Positions 30,289-41,190 of a DNA stretch of 64,000 nucleotides are shown here, in pieces. The position numbers were made by a program, and so were the translations under genes. Where the stretch lies: the NCBI RefSeq assembly GCF_054482595.1, contig NZ_CM137008.1; one strand, given 5' to 3'. Every line of letters begins with the position of its first letter. Position 1 is the stretch's first letter. The notes beneath the pieces were generated by a model. That model was not told the origin of the DNA, did no database searches, and worked only from the letters and a program-made list of their open reading frames with translations.

Positions 30289-30972
30289 ATGACACAACAA
30301 GGGGATGCTGTAGCCGGGGAGCTGGCGACAGAAAAAGTGGGCATTAAAGGGTATCTGGCTTTTTTTCTCACCATAATCTTTTTTTCCGGTGTTTTTTCCG
30401 GAACAGACAGCTGGTGGCGCGTTTTTGATTTTTCCGTTCTGAACGGATCGTTTGGGCAACTGCCTGGTGCGAACGGAGCCACCACCTCATTTCGCGGCGC
30501 GGGTGGTGCGGGGGCTAAAGATGGCTTTCTCTTTGCGCTGGAGCTGGCACCGTCAGTCATTCTCTCTCTGGGGATTATTTCAATTACCGATGGTCTTGGT
30601 GGATTACGCGCCGCGCAGCAGTTAATGACACCTGTGCTAAAACCGTTGTTGGGTATTCCAGGGATCTGTTCGCTGGCGCTGATCGCTAACTTGCAAAACA
30701 CTGATGCCGCCGCCGGTATGACCAAAGAGCTGGCGCAGGAAGGTGAAATTACCGAACGCGATAAAGTGATTTTCGCCGCATATCAAACCAGCGGTAGCGC
30801 CATCATCACCAACTACTTCTCTTCCGGCGTCGCGGTGTTCGCCTTTCTGGGTACGTCCGTAATCGTACCTTTAGCCGTCATCCTGGTGTTTAAATTTGTC
30901 GGAGCCAACATTTTGCGCGTCTGGCTTAACTTCGAAGAACGTCGCAACCCAACGCAAGGAGCGCAAGCATGA
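30289..30972 (+). CDS. yjiH: Inner membrane protein YjiH (nucleoside-recognition-domain family), ~227 aa
   Basis: ORF 30277-30972; start probably at the ATG at 30289 (MTQQGDAV...), preceded by GGGGA. Confidence 0.8.
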   Translation: MTQQGDAVAGELATEKVGIKGYLAFFLTIIFFSGVFSGTDSWWRVFDFSVLNGSFGQLPGANGATTSFRGAGGAGAKDGFLFALELAPSVILSLGIISITDGLGGLRAAQQLMTPVLKPLLGIPGICSLALIANLQNTDAAAGMTKELAQEGEITERDKVIFAAYQTSGSAIITNYFSSGVAVFAFLGTSVIVPLAVILVFKFVGANILRVWLNFEERRNPTQGAQA

Positions 30973-31430
30973 CAACTCAGGTCCGCAAAAACGTCATGGA
31001 TATGTTTATCGATGGCGCGCGCCGTGGCTTTACTATCGCCACGACCAACCTGCTGCCAAACGTGGTGATGGCGTTTGTCATCATTCAGGCGCTGAAAATA
31101 ACCGGCCTGCTCGACTGGGTGGGGCATATCTGTGAACCCGTAATGGCGCTGTGGGGATTACCCGGTGAAGCGGCAACCGTCCTTTTAGCCGCATTAATGA
31201 GTATGGGCGGCGCAGTCGGTGTTGCCGCCAGTCTGGCAACCGCTGGCGCATTAACCGGTCACGATGTCACCGTTTTACTGCCCGCGATGTATTTAATGGG
31301 CAACCCGGTGCAAAATGTCGGTCGCTGCCTGGGGACAGCCGAAGTGAATGCCAAATATTACCCGCATATCATTACGGTCTGCGTGATTAACGCATTGCTG
31401 TCGATCTGGGTTATGCAGCTTATTGTTTAA
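30969..31430 (+). CDS. yjiG: Inner membrane protein YjiG (SpmB-like), 153 aa
   Basis: Overlaps the yjiH stop by 4 bp (ATGA), indicating translational coupling. Confidence 0.8.
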   Translation: MTTQVRKNVMDMFIDGARRGFTIATTNLLPNVVMAFVIIQALKITGLLDWVGHICEPVMALWGLPGEAATVLLAALMSMGGAVGVAASLATAGALTGHDVTVLLPAMYLMGNPVQNVGRCLGTAEVNAKYYPHIITVCVINALLSIWVMQLIV

Positions 31431-31442
31431 CAAGGAGTTACC

Positions 31443-32615
31443 ATGATTGATTATACCGCAGCCGGTTTTACCCTGCTGCAGGGAGCGCATTTGTATGCGC
31501 CGGAAGATCGGGGAATTTGCGATGTCCTCGTCGCTAACGGCAAAATTATCGCCGTTGCCAGCAATATCCCTTCTGACATTGTACCGGACTGCACGGTTGT
31601 CGATCTCAGCGGGCAGATCCTCTGCCCAGGTTTTATTGATCAACACGTCCATTTGATTGGCGGTGGCGGCGAAGCAGGTCCCACGACGCGCACGCCGGAA
31701 GTGGCGCTAAGTCGCCTGACGGAAGCGGGCGTCACGTCAGTGGTTGGTCTGCTGGGCACCGACTCTATCTCTCGCCACCCGGAATCCCTGCTCGCCAAGA
31801 CCCGTGCGCTCAATGAAGAAGGCATCAGCGCCTGGATGCTGACCGGCGCTTATCATGTCCCTTCCCGCACTATTACGGGTTCCGTGGAAAAAGACGTGGC
31901 GATTATCGATCGTGTGATTGGTGTGAAATGCGCCATCTCTGATCACCGTTCTGCCGCACCGGACGTTTATCACCTGGCTAATATGGCGGCAGAATCCCGC
32001 GTTGGCGGTTTGCTCGGCAGTAAACCTGGCGTCACCGTGTTCCACATGGGCGACAGTAAAAAGGCGTTACAGCCTATCTATGACCTGCTGGAAAACTGCG
32101 ATGTGCCGATCAGCAAGCTGCTGCCGACCCACGTTAACCGCAACGTACCGTTGTTTGAGCAGGCGCTGGAGTTCGCGCGCAAAGGCGGCACCATCGATAT
32201 CACCAGCAGCATTGACGAACCGGTCGCCCCTGCCGAAGGTATTGCCCGCGCCGTTCAGGCGGGTATTCCGCTGGCACGCGTCACCCTCAGCTCCGACGGC
32301 AACGGTAGCCAGCCGTTCTTCGATGATGAAGGGAATTTAACCCATATCGGCGTTGCAGGTTTTGAAACGTTGCTGGAAACCGTGCAGGTGCTGGTTAAAG
32401 ACTATGATTTCAGTATCAGCGATGCCCTGCGCCCGCTCACCAGTAGCGTAGCCGGTTTCCTTAACCTGAGCGGGAAAGGCGAAATTCTGCCAGGCAATGA
32501 CGCAGACTTACTGGTCATGACGCCAGAATTGCGCATTGAGCAGGTATACGCTCGCGGCAAACTGATGGTCAAAGACGGCAAAGCCTGCGTGAAAGGAACG
32601 TTTGAAACGGCATAA
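31443..32615 (+). CDS. iadA: Isoaspartyl dipeptidase IadA, 390 aa
   Basis: Amidohydrolase-superfamily metal-binding HxH motif (FIDQHVHLIGGGGEAG); sequence recognised as IadA. Confidence 0.9.
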   Translation: MIDYTAAGFTLLQGAHLYAPEDRGICDVLVANGKIIAVASNIPSDIVPDCTVVDLSGQILCPGFIDQHVHLIGGGGEAGPTTRTPEVALSRLTEAGVTSVVGLLGTDSISRHPESLLAKTRALNEEGISAWMLTGAYHVPSRTITGSVEKDVAIIDRVIGVKCAISDHRSAAPDVYHLANMAAESRVGGLLGSKPGVTVFHMGDSKKALQPIYDLLENCDVPISKLLPTHVNRNVPLFEQALEFARKGGTIDITSSIDEPVAPAEGIARAVQAGIPLARVTLSSDGNGSQPFFDDEGNLTHIGVAGFETLLETVQVLVKDYDFSISDALRPLTSSVAGFLNLSGKGEILPGNDADLLVMTPELRIEQVYARGKLMVKDGKACVKGTFETA

Positions 32616-32620
32616 ACGGT

Positions 32621-32667
32621 TGTCAGCCGCCCTAATGGACGTAGAATGCCCGCAAGGGCGGCTGACA
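32621..32667. other. 13-bp perfect inverted repeat (tgtcagccgccct ... agggcggctgaca) between iadA and hypT; possible terminator
   Basis: Read directly; the 21-nt loop is larger than in a typical intrinsic terminator. Confidence 0.4.
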
Positions 32668-32679
32668 GAGTAAAACGTA

Positions 32680-33591
32680 ATGGATGACTGTGGTGCGGTT
32701 TTGCATAATATTGAAACTAAATGGCTTTATGATTTTCTGACCCTGGAAAAATGCCGCAATTTTTCCCAGGCGGCAGTTAGTCGCAACGTCTCGCAACCGG
32801 CATTCAGCCGCCGCATCCGTGCACTGGAACAGGCGATTGGCGTTGAATTGTTTAACCGCCAGGTGACGCCGCTGCAACTCTCAGAACAAGGGAAAATCTT
32901 CCATTCGCAGATCCGCCATCTGTTGCAACAGTTAGAAAGTAACCTTGCAGAGCTGCGTGGCGGCAGCGATTACGCGCAACGTAAAATCAAGATAGCCGCT
33001 GCACACTCTCTTTCCCTCGGTCTGTTACCGTCCATTATCAGCCAGATGCCGCCGCTCTTTACCTGGGCGATTGAAGCTATTGATGTCGATGAAGCAGTCG
33101 ATAAACTGCGCGAAGGGCAAAGTGACTGTATTTTTTCCTTTCACGACGAAGATTTGCTGGAAGCGCCGTTTGACCACATTCGCTTATTTGAATCTCAATT
33201 GTTCCCCGTTTGCGCCAGTGACGAACACGGAGAAGCACTTTTTAACCTCGCGCAGCCACACTTTCCGTTACTGAATTACAGCCGCAACTCCTACATGGGG
33301 CGATTGATTAATCGCACCCTGACGCGCCACAGTGAGTTAAGTTTCAGCACCTTTTTTGTCTCTTCGATGAGCGAGCTTTTAAAGCAGGTTGCCCTCGACG
33401 GCTGTGGGATTGCCTGGCTGCCGGAATACGCCATCCAACAAGAAATTCGCAGCGGGCAGCTCGTTGTACTGAATCGGGACGAACTGGTGATCCCGATTCA
33501 GGCCTATGCATACCGGATGAATACCCGCATGAATCCCGTTGCCGAACGCTTCTGGCGTGAACTGCGCGAGCTGGAGATTGTGCTTAGCTGA
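32680..33591 (+). CDS. hypT: LysR-family transcriptional regulator HypT (YjiE), 303 aa
   Basis: N-terminal LysR-type HTH ([29 protein letters not shown]); sequence recognised. Confidence 0.85.
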   Translation: MDDCGAVLHNIETKWLYDFLTLEKCRNFSQAAVSRNVSQPAFSRRIRALEQAIGVELFNRQVTPLQLSEQGKIFHSQIRHLLQQLESNLAELRGGSDYAQRKIKIAAAHSLSLGLLPSIISQMPPLFTWAIEAIDVDEAVDKLREGQSDCIFSFHDEDLLEAPFDHIRLFESQLFPVCASDEHGEALFNLAQPHFPLLNYSRNSYMGRLINRTLTRHSELSFSTFFVSSMSELLKQVALDGCGIAWLPEYAIQQEIRSGQLVVLNRDELVIPIQAYAYRMNTRMNPVAERFWRELRELEIVLS

Positions 33592-33976
33592 CATTCTCAA
33601 GCGTCGCACTGCGCCAACCGCCATTATCCCAGACCAGATCAAACGTTAGCGGTTCATCGTCGTGGTACAGCATTATCTCAAGGCTGATCGCCAGCGTGTG
33701 GCAGTACGCTTCTTTCAAATTAACCTGCAACGCCGCAATCCGTGGCTCATGAAATAACAGTGCAGAACGCAGCTGACGGCAATACCAGCTCTGGAGATGT
33801 TTGTCGCTCTGGTTATGCAGTTGCCACTCGGGCATGCCTGAAACAAGTAATGACGGTAATGCCGAATGAGGAGAATTAAAAAGTGTGAGGAGATCGCTGC
33901 ATACCGATTTACGCAGCGATGACGTTTTATTGCCTGAAATTTCAGGTAAAACAGCCTGAAGTGATTGGCGCATCAT
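33584..33976 (-). CDS. iraD: Anti-adaptor protein IraD (RssB inhibitor), 130 aa
   Basis: Translation from the internal ATG: [23 protein letters not shown]...; its 3' end overlaps the hypT 3' end by 8 bp (convergent). Confidence 0.8.
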   Translation of the reverse strand: MMRQSLQAVLPEISGNKTSSLRKSVCSDLLTLFNSPHSALPSLLVSGMPEWQLHNQSDKHLQSWYCRQLRSALLFHEPRIAALQVNLKEAYCHTLAISLEIMLYHDDEPLTFDLVWDNGGWRSATLENVS

Positions 33977-34648
33977 TTTGCGCACTCCTGACGTTTAGCA
34001 ACATATGCGGCTTGCCCTGAACACCGGGCACCACTGTATTGATGCTCATTTTCCATAGCCATTCCCTTTTGTTCATTACATCCATGTCAGTCTGAGACAG
34101 GCCTGAATCCTGTCAGCAAAGTATAAAACCTTACTTGCCTATGAATATCTACTGACTTTTCAGGAAAAAAGTCATGATTTGATAAAAATCATCAAACTCA
34201 AAAAAAAACCGCTAGTATATTCTGAATATTCCGAATAGTTACGTAGATGAAAATACTTGTCACCGCTGCTACTTAATTCCGGTGGGAAATTATTTATTTC
34301 CGCATAATCATCTATGTATTATTTGAAACAATTAGTTTGTAAATAATATAAATTAATAACATATCAAATACATCAAAAATACCATTCACAGGCATTATTA
34401 ATATAGACCTCAACATAGCAACATCAAATTCCAATTAGTAATAAGATATGCTTTTAAATTGCATGCAAATAATTTTAAATGAGCGTTTTTTGATACTTTA
34501 GAGTGTTTCCCACCCTTTAATATCACTGTGTAGAGTTGATATCACTACAACAGAAACATGCATGTCATTTGTTTACTTCTCTTTTTACTACAGAAAAATT
34601 TATCTATTTTTCTAAACATCAGTGAAATACTCATAAAAGGTAACTATT

Positions 34649-35479
34649 ATGTCTATGCCATTAAGCAATACCCTTCAGAGTCAAATTATTACAGATAATC
34701 ACTTCCTTCATCACCCAAAAGTCGACAATGAGTTAACACGTCGATATGAATATGCACGCCTGGATACGGAAAATATCTATCTTCTGCCTCTTGCTCGTGG
34801 CAATAACCATAATTACGATGGAAAAAGCGTTGTCGAAATTAGAAAACTTAATATTGGCAAACAGTCCTGGCCATTTAATTATGTGACAGATACATGCAGA
34901 GAATTCAATGGTATTACAACAACAGGACGTATGCTCTATCGAAACTTGAAAATCACCTCAGCTTTAGACGAAATATATGGTGGTATATGTAAAAAGGCGC
35001 ATGCTGCTACAGAGTTAGCAGAAGGTTTACGGCTAAATTTATTTATGAAGAGCCCTTTCGATCCTGTTGAGGACTATACAGTTCATGAAATAACATTAGG
35101 CCCTGGTTGCAATGTTCCTGGTTACGCCGGAACCACGATAGGATATATTTCAACCCTTCCAGTTTCTCAGGCAAAAAGATGGACCAATGAGCAGCCAAGA
35201 ATTGATATCTATATTGATCAGATAATAACTGTCTCAGGGGTAGCAAATTCTTCCGGATTCGCCCTTGCCGCATTACTTAATGCTAATATTGAGATGGGAA
35301 ATGACCCAATCATTGGTATAGAAGCCTATCCTGGTACCGCGGAGATCCATGCAAAAATGGGATATAAAGTTATCCCCGGTGATGAAGATGCGCCACTCAA
35401 ACGCATGACTCTGCAACCGTCATCTCTTCCAGAACTGTTTGAATTAAAAAATGGTGAATGGAATTATATTGGTAAATAG
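34649..35479 (+). CDS. yjiC: Uncharacterised protein YjiC, 276 aa
   Basis: ORF-track ORF downstream of a ~660-bp AT-rich intergenic region. Confidence 0.65.
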   Translation: MSMPLSNTLQSQIITDNHFLHHPKVDNELTRRYEYARLDTENIYLLPLARGNNHNYDGKSVVEIRKLNIGKQSWPFNYVTDTCREFNGITTTGRMLYRNLKITSALDEIYGGICKKAHAATELAEGLRLNLFMKSPFDPVEDYTVHEITLGPGCNVPGYAGTTIGYISTLPVSQAKRWTNEQPRIDIYIDQIITVSGVANSSGFALAALLNANIEMGNDPIIGIEAYPGTAEIHAKMGYKVIPGDEDAPLKRMTLQPSSLPELFELKNGEWNYIGK

Positions 35480-35580
35480 CCACTGAGAAGAATGAGTACT
35501 AATATTCAGGTTATATAGATATTTAAACAATACCCTGCAATTTACAAAGTAATACTCATTGCGACTTCTTAATTTAAGAA

Positions 35581-35607
35581 AGCGCAAGGAACGTTTACCC
35601 TTGCGCT
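35581..35607. terminator. Hairpin (agcgcaagg-aacgtttac-ccttgcgct) between convergent yjiC and uxuR
   Basis: Read directly. Confidence 0.5.
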
Positions 35608-35619
35608 TATTATAATAAG

Positions 35620-36393
35620 TCAGGCGTCGACTTTATCCAGCGGCCATGAATCAAACAGATAGCCGTCAAAATAAATATCGTCAACGTTCGAGAATTCCAG
35701 CAGACGTTGCTTAACGTTTTCCAGATGCTGCCACATTGCCAGCTTCGCCGCTCGGGCATCTTTTTTGATTAACGCGGCGAGGATCTGTTTGTGATCGCCC
35801 AACCACTCTTTGCGATACAGGCTGTCATCCAGATGGCTGTGCAACTGGATCCACATTGGATTGTTTTCCCGCCACTGCCAGGACTGACGGAATAACTCCA
35901 CCAGCATGCTGTTATGCGTTGCTTCGGCAATGGCGAGATGGAACTGCATATCACCGCTTTCGCTGCTACCCGGCGCGCTGGAAGCCAGTTCACGCTCTTC
36001 CAGTTGCAATGCCTGACGCATTTTGACGATATCTTCGCGGGTAGCCTGCAGGGCGGCAAACTCGGCGATGTTACTTTCCAGTAACTGACGCGCCTGTAAC
36101 AGCTCAAAAGGACCCGCATCATTGCAGACGTTGGCATCCGGACTGTCTGTGTTGTGGCTGCCTGAGCTATCAAGAACATAGATACCGGCACCCCGGCGCA
36201 CTTCCACCAGCCCTTTGATCTCCAGCATGATCAGCGCTTCACGTACCACCGTCCGCGTGACATCAAGCATTTCTGCAATTTCACGCTCCGGCGGCAGCCG
36301 TTCGCCAGGATTGTACGGCGTCTTTATGATCAGATCGCGGATCATCGCCCCGACTTCCTGGTAAGGTCTTTGCGCAGAGGTGGCAGATTTCAT
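35620..36393 (-). CDS. uxuR: GntR/FadR-family repressor UxuR, 257 aa
   Basis: Sequence recognised; N-terminal winged-helix motif. Confidence 0.9.
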   Translation of the reverse strand: MKSATSAQRPYQEVGAMIRDLIIKTPYNPGERLPPEREIAEMLDVTRTVVREALIMLEIKGLVEVRRGAGIYVLDSSGSHNTDSPDANVCNDAGPFELLQARQLLESNIAEFAALQATREDIVKMRQALQLEERELASSAPGSSESGDMQFHLAIAEATHNSMLVELFRQSWQWRENNPMWIQLHSHLDDSLYRKEWLGDHKQILAALIKKDARAAKLAMWQHLENVKQRLLEFSNVDDIYFDGYLFDSWPLDKVDA

Positions 36394-36430
36394 GGTGTTG
36401 TGTCCGTTAGGTGCGGTTAATCAAATTTTT

Positions 36431-36465
36431 GCCGGATGCGGCGTGAACGCCTTATCCGGCCTACA
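36431..36465. repeat. REP element in the uxuB-uxuR intergenic region
   Basis: gccggatgcggcgtgaacgccttatccggcctaca, near-identical to the copy at 12488. Confidence 0.6.
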
Positions 36466-36607
36466 ACGGGCAATTTTACGGCCCCCATTAATCTCAAACT
36501 ATACCATTAGCACTGGAAGTTGGCACGTACAGGTGGGCAAAAAAACGAAAACTGGTCAACCAAATATCAGTTTGATTGACCAGTAAGTCTGTAGGGTAAT
36601 CAGTTAG

Positions 36608-38068
36608 TTACAGCGCAGCCACACACTCGCGCGCACCGCGTTCGCACAGCTGCTGATATGCCGCAGTCACCGCGCCAACAAAGTCGGCATTCTGCGGCAG
36701 ATCATCGGCAAAAATACCGCTCAGGCCCAGCAGCGCTTTCACGCGGTCTGCGCCCTGATACTGCGCGTTAATCTTCTGGAACTCGGCCAGCATCGGGTCG
36801 ACCACGTCAATGGCATTACCCTGCTCATCCACGCCCTGGGTGTAACGCATCCAGCCAGCCACGCCCAGCGCCAGGTGACGCCAGCTGCCGCCGTTTTGCA
36901 GGTGCAGACGCACCGGATCCAACAGACGCTGCGGTAACTTCTGGCTGCCGTCCATCGCAATCTGCCAGGTACGGTGACGCAGAGACGGGTTGCTGAAACG
37001 CTCGATCAGCAGCGTCGCATAGGCGTTCAGGTCCGTACCTTCCGGCATCGACAGCGTTGGCGCTTGTTCCTGCATCATCAGGGCAAAGGCCGCTTTGCGA
37101 TAATCCGGGTTAGTCATGGTGTCGGCAATAGTTTCATAGCCGCCGAGGTAACCGAGGTATGCCAGGAAAGAGTGGCTGCCGTTCAGCATACGCAGTTTCA
37201 TCATTTCGAACGGCACAACGTCTGCAACGAACTGTGCGCCCACTTTATCCCAGTCCGGACGACCATTAACGAAGTTATCTTCAATCACCCACTGACGGAA
37301 CGGTTCGCAGGCAATGGCGCACGGGTCGTAAACACCCAGCTGGTCAGCAATTTCCTGTAAGGTTTCTGGCGTCGCCGCCGGAACGATGCGGTCAACCATG
37401 GTGCACGGGAAGGTGACGTTCTCTTCAATCCATGCCGCCAGCTGCGGATCACGCGCCTGAGCCAGCCCCAGAACCGCGACCTTTGCCACATGACCGTTCT
37501 CACGCACGTTGTCGCAGGACATGACAGTAAACGCTTTCAGCCCTTTTTCACGACGCAGACGCAAGGCTTCGACGATGTAACCAATCGCGGACTTCGGCGC
37601 AGTCGGGTTTTCCAGATCGTGCTTGATCAGCGGGTTATTGAGATCCAGTTGACCGCTTGCCGCATCAGCGCAGTAGCCTTTTTCCGTGACCGTTAGAGAG
37701 ACAATCGCCGTTTGCGGACGCGCCATCGCGTTGAGAATACCTTCGCAGCCGTCGATTTCCGGATGCAGCGCTTCTTTCATCGAACCGATAATTTTCAGCT
37801 CGGTGCTTTCCGCGCCTTTTTCCGCCACGGTGTACAGCAGTTGCTGTTTTTTCAGGTTTTCGATCAGCACGCGGTCGTTGCCTGGCATCAGGTTAACTTC
37901 GCAGATGCCCCAGTCGCTGTCGGTGCTTTCCAGCAGATGATGGGTATACAGCGCCTGGTGCGCGCGGTGAAACGCCCCGCAACCGAGATGCACAATGCGT
38001 GATTCCAGACGAGAATGATCCCATGACGGGCGGGCAACCGGCAGATTGCTGTCAACAATAGTAGTCAT
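36608..38068 (-). CDS. uxuB: D-mannonate oxidoreductase UxuB, 486 aa
   Basis: Sequence recognised; Rossmann-type N-terminus (VHLGCGAFHRAHQ). Confidence 0.9.
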   Translation of the reverse strand: MTTIVDSNLPVARPSWDHSRLESRIVHLGCGAFHRAHQALYTHHLLESTDSDWGICEVNLMPGNDRVLIENLKKQQLLYTVAEKGAESTELKIIGSMKEALHPEIDGCEGILNAMARPQTAIVSLTVTEKGYCADAASGQLDLNNPLIKHDLENPTAPKSAIGYIVEALRLRREKGLKAFTVMSCDNVRENGHVAKVAVLGLAQARDPQLAAWIEENVTFPCTMVDRIVPAATPETLQEIADQLGVYDPCAIACEPFRQWVIEDNFVNGRPDWDKVGAQFVADVVPFEMMKLRMLNGSHSFLAYLGYLGGYETIADTMTNPDYRKAAFALMMQEQAPTLSMPEGTDLNAYATLLIERFSNPSLRHRTWQIAMDGSQKLPQRLLDPVRLHLQNGGSWRHLALGVAGWMRYTQGVDEQGNAIDVVDPMLAEFQKINAQYQGADRVKALLGLSGIFADDLPQNADFVGAVTAAYQQLCERGARECVAAL

Positions 38069-38148
38069 CGTAAACTCCAGAATCCGTCTTCAGAGAGTGA
38101 CGGCAAGGAAGAAGGAACCGGCACGGCGCGCAGCCATGCCGGTGGGTA

Positions 38149-39333
38149 TTAACGGCTAAAGAAAGCGCGCTGGATCGCCAGTTCGACACCGCGAACTTCG
38201 GCCAGGCCTTTCAGACGACCAATTGCGGAGTAACCAGGGTTGGTTTTCTTCTTCAGGTCGTCCAGCATCTGATGACCGTGGTCCGGACGCATCGGGATCA
38301 GGTCTTCTTTGCCTTCCGCTTTACGACGGTGTTCTTCTTCAACAATCGCTTTCACCACTTCGTACATATCAACGTCACCGTTCAGGTGCGCCGCTTCGTG
38401 GAAGGTTTTCGGGTTATCTTCACGCATGGTGGAGCGCAGATGGGTGAAATAAATACGCGGACCGAACTGCTTGATCATATCAACCAGATCGTTGTCAGCA
38501 CGCACGCCGTAGGAACCGGTGCACATGGTGAAACCGTTCGCCATGCTGTTTACGGTATCAACCATCCACTGCATATCTTCAATGGTGGAAACAATGCGCG
38601 GCAGGCCGAGGATCGGGCGCGGCGGATCGTCCGGGTGAACCGCCATACGCACGCCAACTTCTTCAGCAACTGGAATAATCGCTTTCAGGAAGACAGCAAA
38701 GTTTTCGCGCAGTTTGGCTTTGTCGATATCTTTGTACAGCTCCAGGTGCTTACGGAACTGGTCGAGGGTATACCCTTCTTCCGCGCCCGGCAGACCGGCA
38801 ATGATGTTACGCGTCAGACGCGCTTTGTCTTCGTCGCTCATAGTGGCGAAGCGTTCAGCTGCCTGAGCAATTTCTTCTTCGGTGTAATCCGCTTCCGCGC
38901 CTGGACGTTTCAGGATATGCATTTCGAATGCAGCGAATTCGATCTGGTCGAAGCGCAGAGCTTTGGAGCCGTCTGGCAGCACGTATTCGAGGTCAGTACG
39001 GGTCCAGTCGAGCACCGGCATGAAGTTGTAGCACACGGTGCGAATGCCGCACTGCGCCAGGTTGCGCAGAGTCTGCTGATAGTTAGCGATCCACTGCTCA
39101 TAGTTGCCAGTGTGGGTTTTGATATCTTCGTGAATTGGTACGCTTTCTACGACAGACCACACCAGGCCTGCGTCTTCAACGATCGCCTTGCGTTTGAGGA
39201 TCTCTTCTACGGACCATACTTCGCCGTTCGGGATATGGTGCAGCGCGGTAACCACGCCAGTTGCGCCCGCCTGACGGACATCAGCTAAAGAAACCGGATC
39301 GTTTGGGCCGTACCAGCGCCAGGTCTGTTCCAT
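38149..39333 (-). CDS. uxuA: Mannonate dehydratase UxuA, 394 aa
   Basis: Translation from the internal ATG ([23 protein letters not shown]...) with AGAGGA SD. The ORF-track extension to 39369 is rejected. Confidence 0.9.
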
Positions 39334-39495
39334 GATTTTTCCTCTTTCACATAGTGGGTTCCACAGCAAAGAGACGCGGAACCCTGGAGTTGTTTAGGTA
39401 TCCGGATGAACAACCAGACCGCAGCCGTGGCGTTGCATCGGATGAGATGGCGTATAAGTTCTACCTTTTGGTAAGACATGTCAACCCGAATTCTA

Positions 39496-39509
39496 AAATT
39501 GGTTAACCA
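39496..39509. promoter_or_regulatory. Palindromic TGGT-N-ACCA operator-like site (AAATTGGTTAACCA) in the uxuA-gntP divergent control region
   Basis: Matches the FadR-subfamily GntR operator pattern used by UxuR/ExuR; read directly. Confidence 0.45.
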
Positions 39510-39603
39510 CATCACAAGAATTTCACTCTCATGGTTGTTGCTGCAAATTGCAGCAAAGGGTAATCGATGGTTATTGATCAGAGGATGTGACATTCATCGC
39601 AAC

Positions 39604-39619
39604 AATGGTTGACCAATTT
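39604..39619. promoter_or_regulatory. Second operator-like palindrome (AATGGTTGACCAATTT) upstream of gntP
   Basis: Same half-site pattern; read directly. Confidence 0.45.
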
Positions 39620-39672
39620 ACATAACATGTCGCCCAAAATAACAACGGTTCAACCAGGTAAGGTAAAACGTT

Positions 39673-41016
39673 ATGCATGTGCTTAACATTCTCTGGGTGG
39701 TATTCGGCATTGGTCTGATGCTGGTACTGAATTTGAAGTTCAAAATCAATTCAATGGTGGCTTTGTTGGTGGCGGCGCTGTCCGTCGGGATGCTGGCGGG
39801 CATGGATTTGATGTCGCTGCTGCACACCATGAAAGCGGGCTTCGGCAACACGCTGGGGGAACTGGCTATCATCGTGGTGTTCGGTGCGGTCATCGGTAAA
39901 TTGATGGTCGACTCCGGCGCGGCTCACCAGATAGCGCATACGCTGCTGGCGCGTCTCGGTCTGCGCTATGTACAGCTGTCAGTGATTATCATCGGCCTGA
40001 TTTTTGGTCTGGCGATGTTCTATGAAGTGGCCTTTATCATGTTAGCGCCGCTGGTTATTGTCATTGCCGCCGAAGCTAAAATTCCGTTCCTGAAACTGGC
40101 GATCCCGGCAGTAGCAGCTGCCACTACCGCACATTCACTGTTCCCACCGCAGCCGGGTCCGGTGGCGCTGGTGAATGCTTATGGCGCAGATATGGGGATG
40201 GTTTATATCTATGGCGTACTGGTGACGATCCCAAGTGTAATCTGCGCAGGTCTGATCCTGCCGAAGTTCCTCGGCAATCTTGAGCGCCCAACGCCATCAT
40301 TCCTGAAAGCAGATCAACCGGTAGATATGAACAATCTGCCCTCTTTCGGCGTTTCGATTCTGGTGCCGCTGATCCCGGCGATCATTATGATCTCTACCAC
40401 CATCGCCAATATCTGGCTGGTAAAAGATACCCCTGCCTGGGAAGTGGTTAACTTTATTGGTTCCTCGCCGATTGCGATGTTTATTGCGATGGTGGTTGCA
40501 TTCGTACTCTTTGGCACCGCACGTGGTCATGACATGCAGTGGGTGATGAACGCTTTTGAAAGTGCGGTGAAAAGCATTGCAATGGTGATTCTGATCATCG
40601 GTGCGGGTGGCGTGCTGAAGCAAACTATCATCGACACCGGCATTGGCGACACCATCGGCATGTTGATGTCCCACGGCAATATCTCGCCCTACATTATGGC
40701 ATGGCTGATCACTGTGCTAATTCGTCTGGCGACGGGTCAGGGTGTCGTTTCGGCGATGACCGCCGCCGGGATTATCAGTGCTGCAATCCTTGATCCAGCA
40801 ACTGGTCAGCTGGTTGGCGTGAATCCGGCGTTGCTGGTGCTGGCGACGGCTGCGGGTTCCAACACCCTCACGCACATTAACGATGCATCTTTCTGGTTGT
40901 TCAAAGGTTACTTTGACCTGTCGGTAAAAGACACGTTGAAAACCTGGGGACTGCTGGAGCTGGTCAACTCCGTGGTTGGGCTGATTATTGTGTTGATTAT
41001 TAGCATGGTAGCGTAA
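39673..41016 (+). CDS. gntP: Fructuronate/gluconate transporter GntP, 447 aa
   Basis: Sequence recognised; GntP-family permease. Confidence 0.9.
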
Positions 41017-41025
41017 AAGAACACC

Positions 41026-41051
41026 AGAGCCTGCCAATGGCAGGCTCTGTT
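41026..41051. terminator. Bidirectional hairpin terminator between convergent gntP and fimH
   Basis: cagagcctgcc-aatg-ggcaggctctg read directly. Confidence 0.6.
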
Positions 41052-41079
41052 CGGATTGTCGGCAAAGTGCGCTTTGTTT

Positions 41080-41122
41080 ATGCCAGATGCGACGCTGACG
41101 CGTCTTATCTGGCCTACAAAGG
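41080..41122. repeat. REP-like palindrome (atgccagatgcgacgctgacgcgtcttatctggcctacaaagg)
   Basis: Read directly. Confidence 0.5.
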
Positions 41123-41190
41123 GCTAACGTGCAGGTTTTTAGCTTCAGGTAATATTTGCGTACCTGCATTAGCAATGCCCTGTGATTTCT

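Noticed and set aside
38272-39288. 338-aa plus-strand ORF antisense to uxuA
   Set aside because: Completely overlaps uxuA on the opposite strand and has no recognisable motifs; an antisense artefact.
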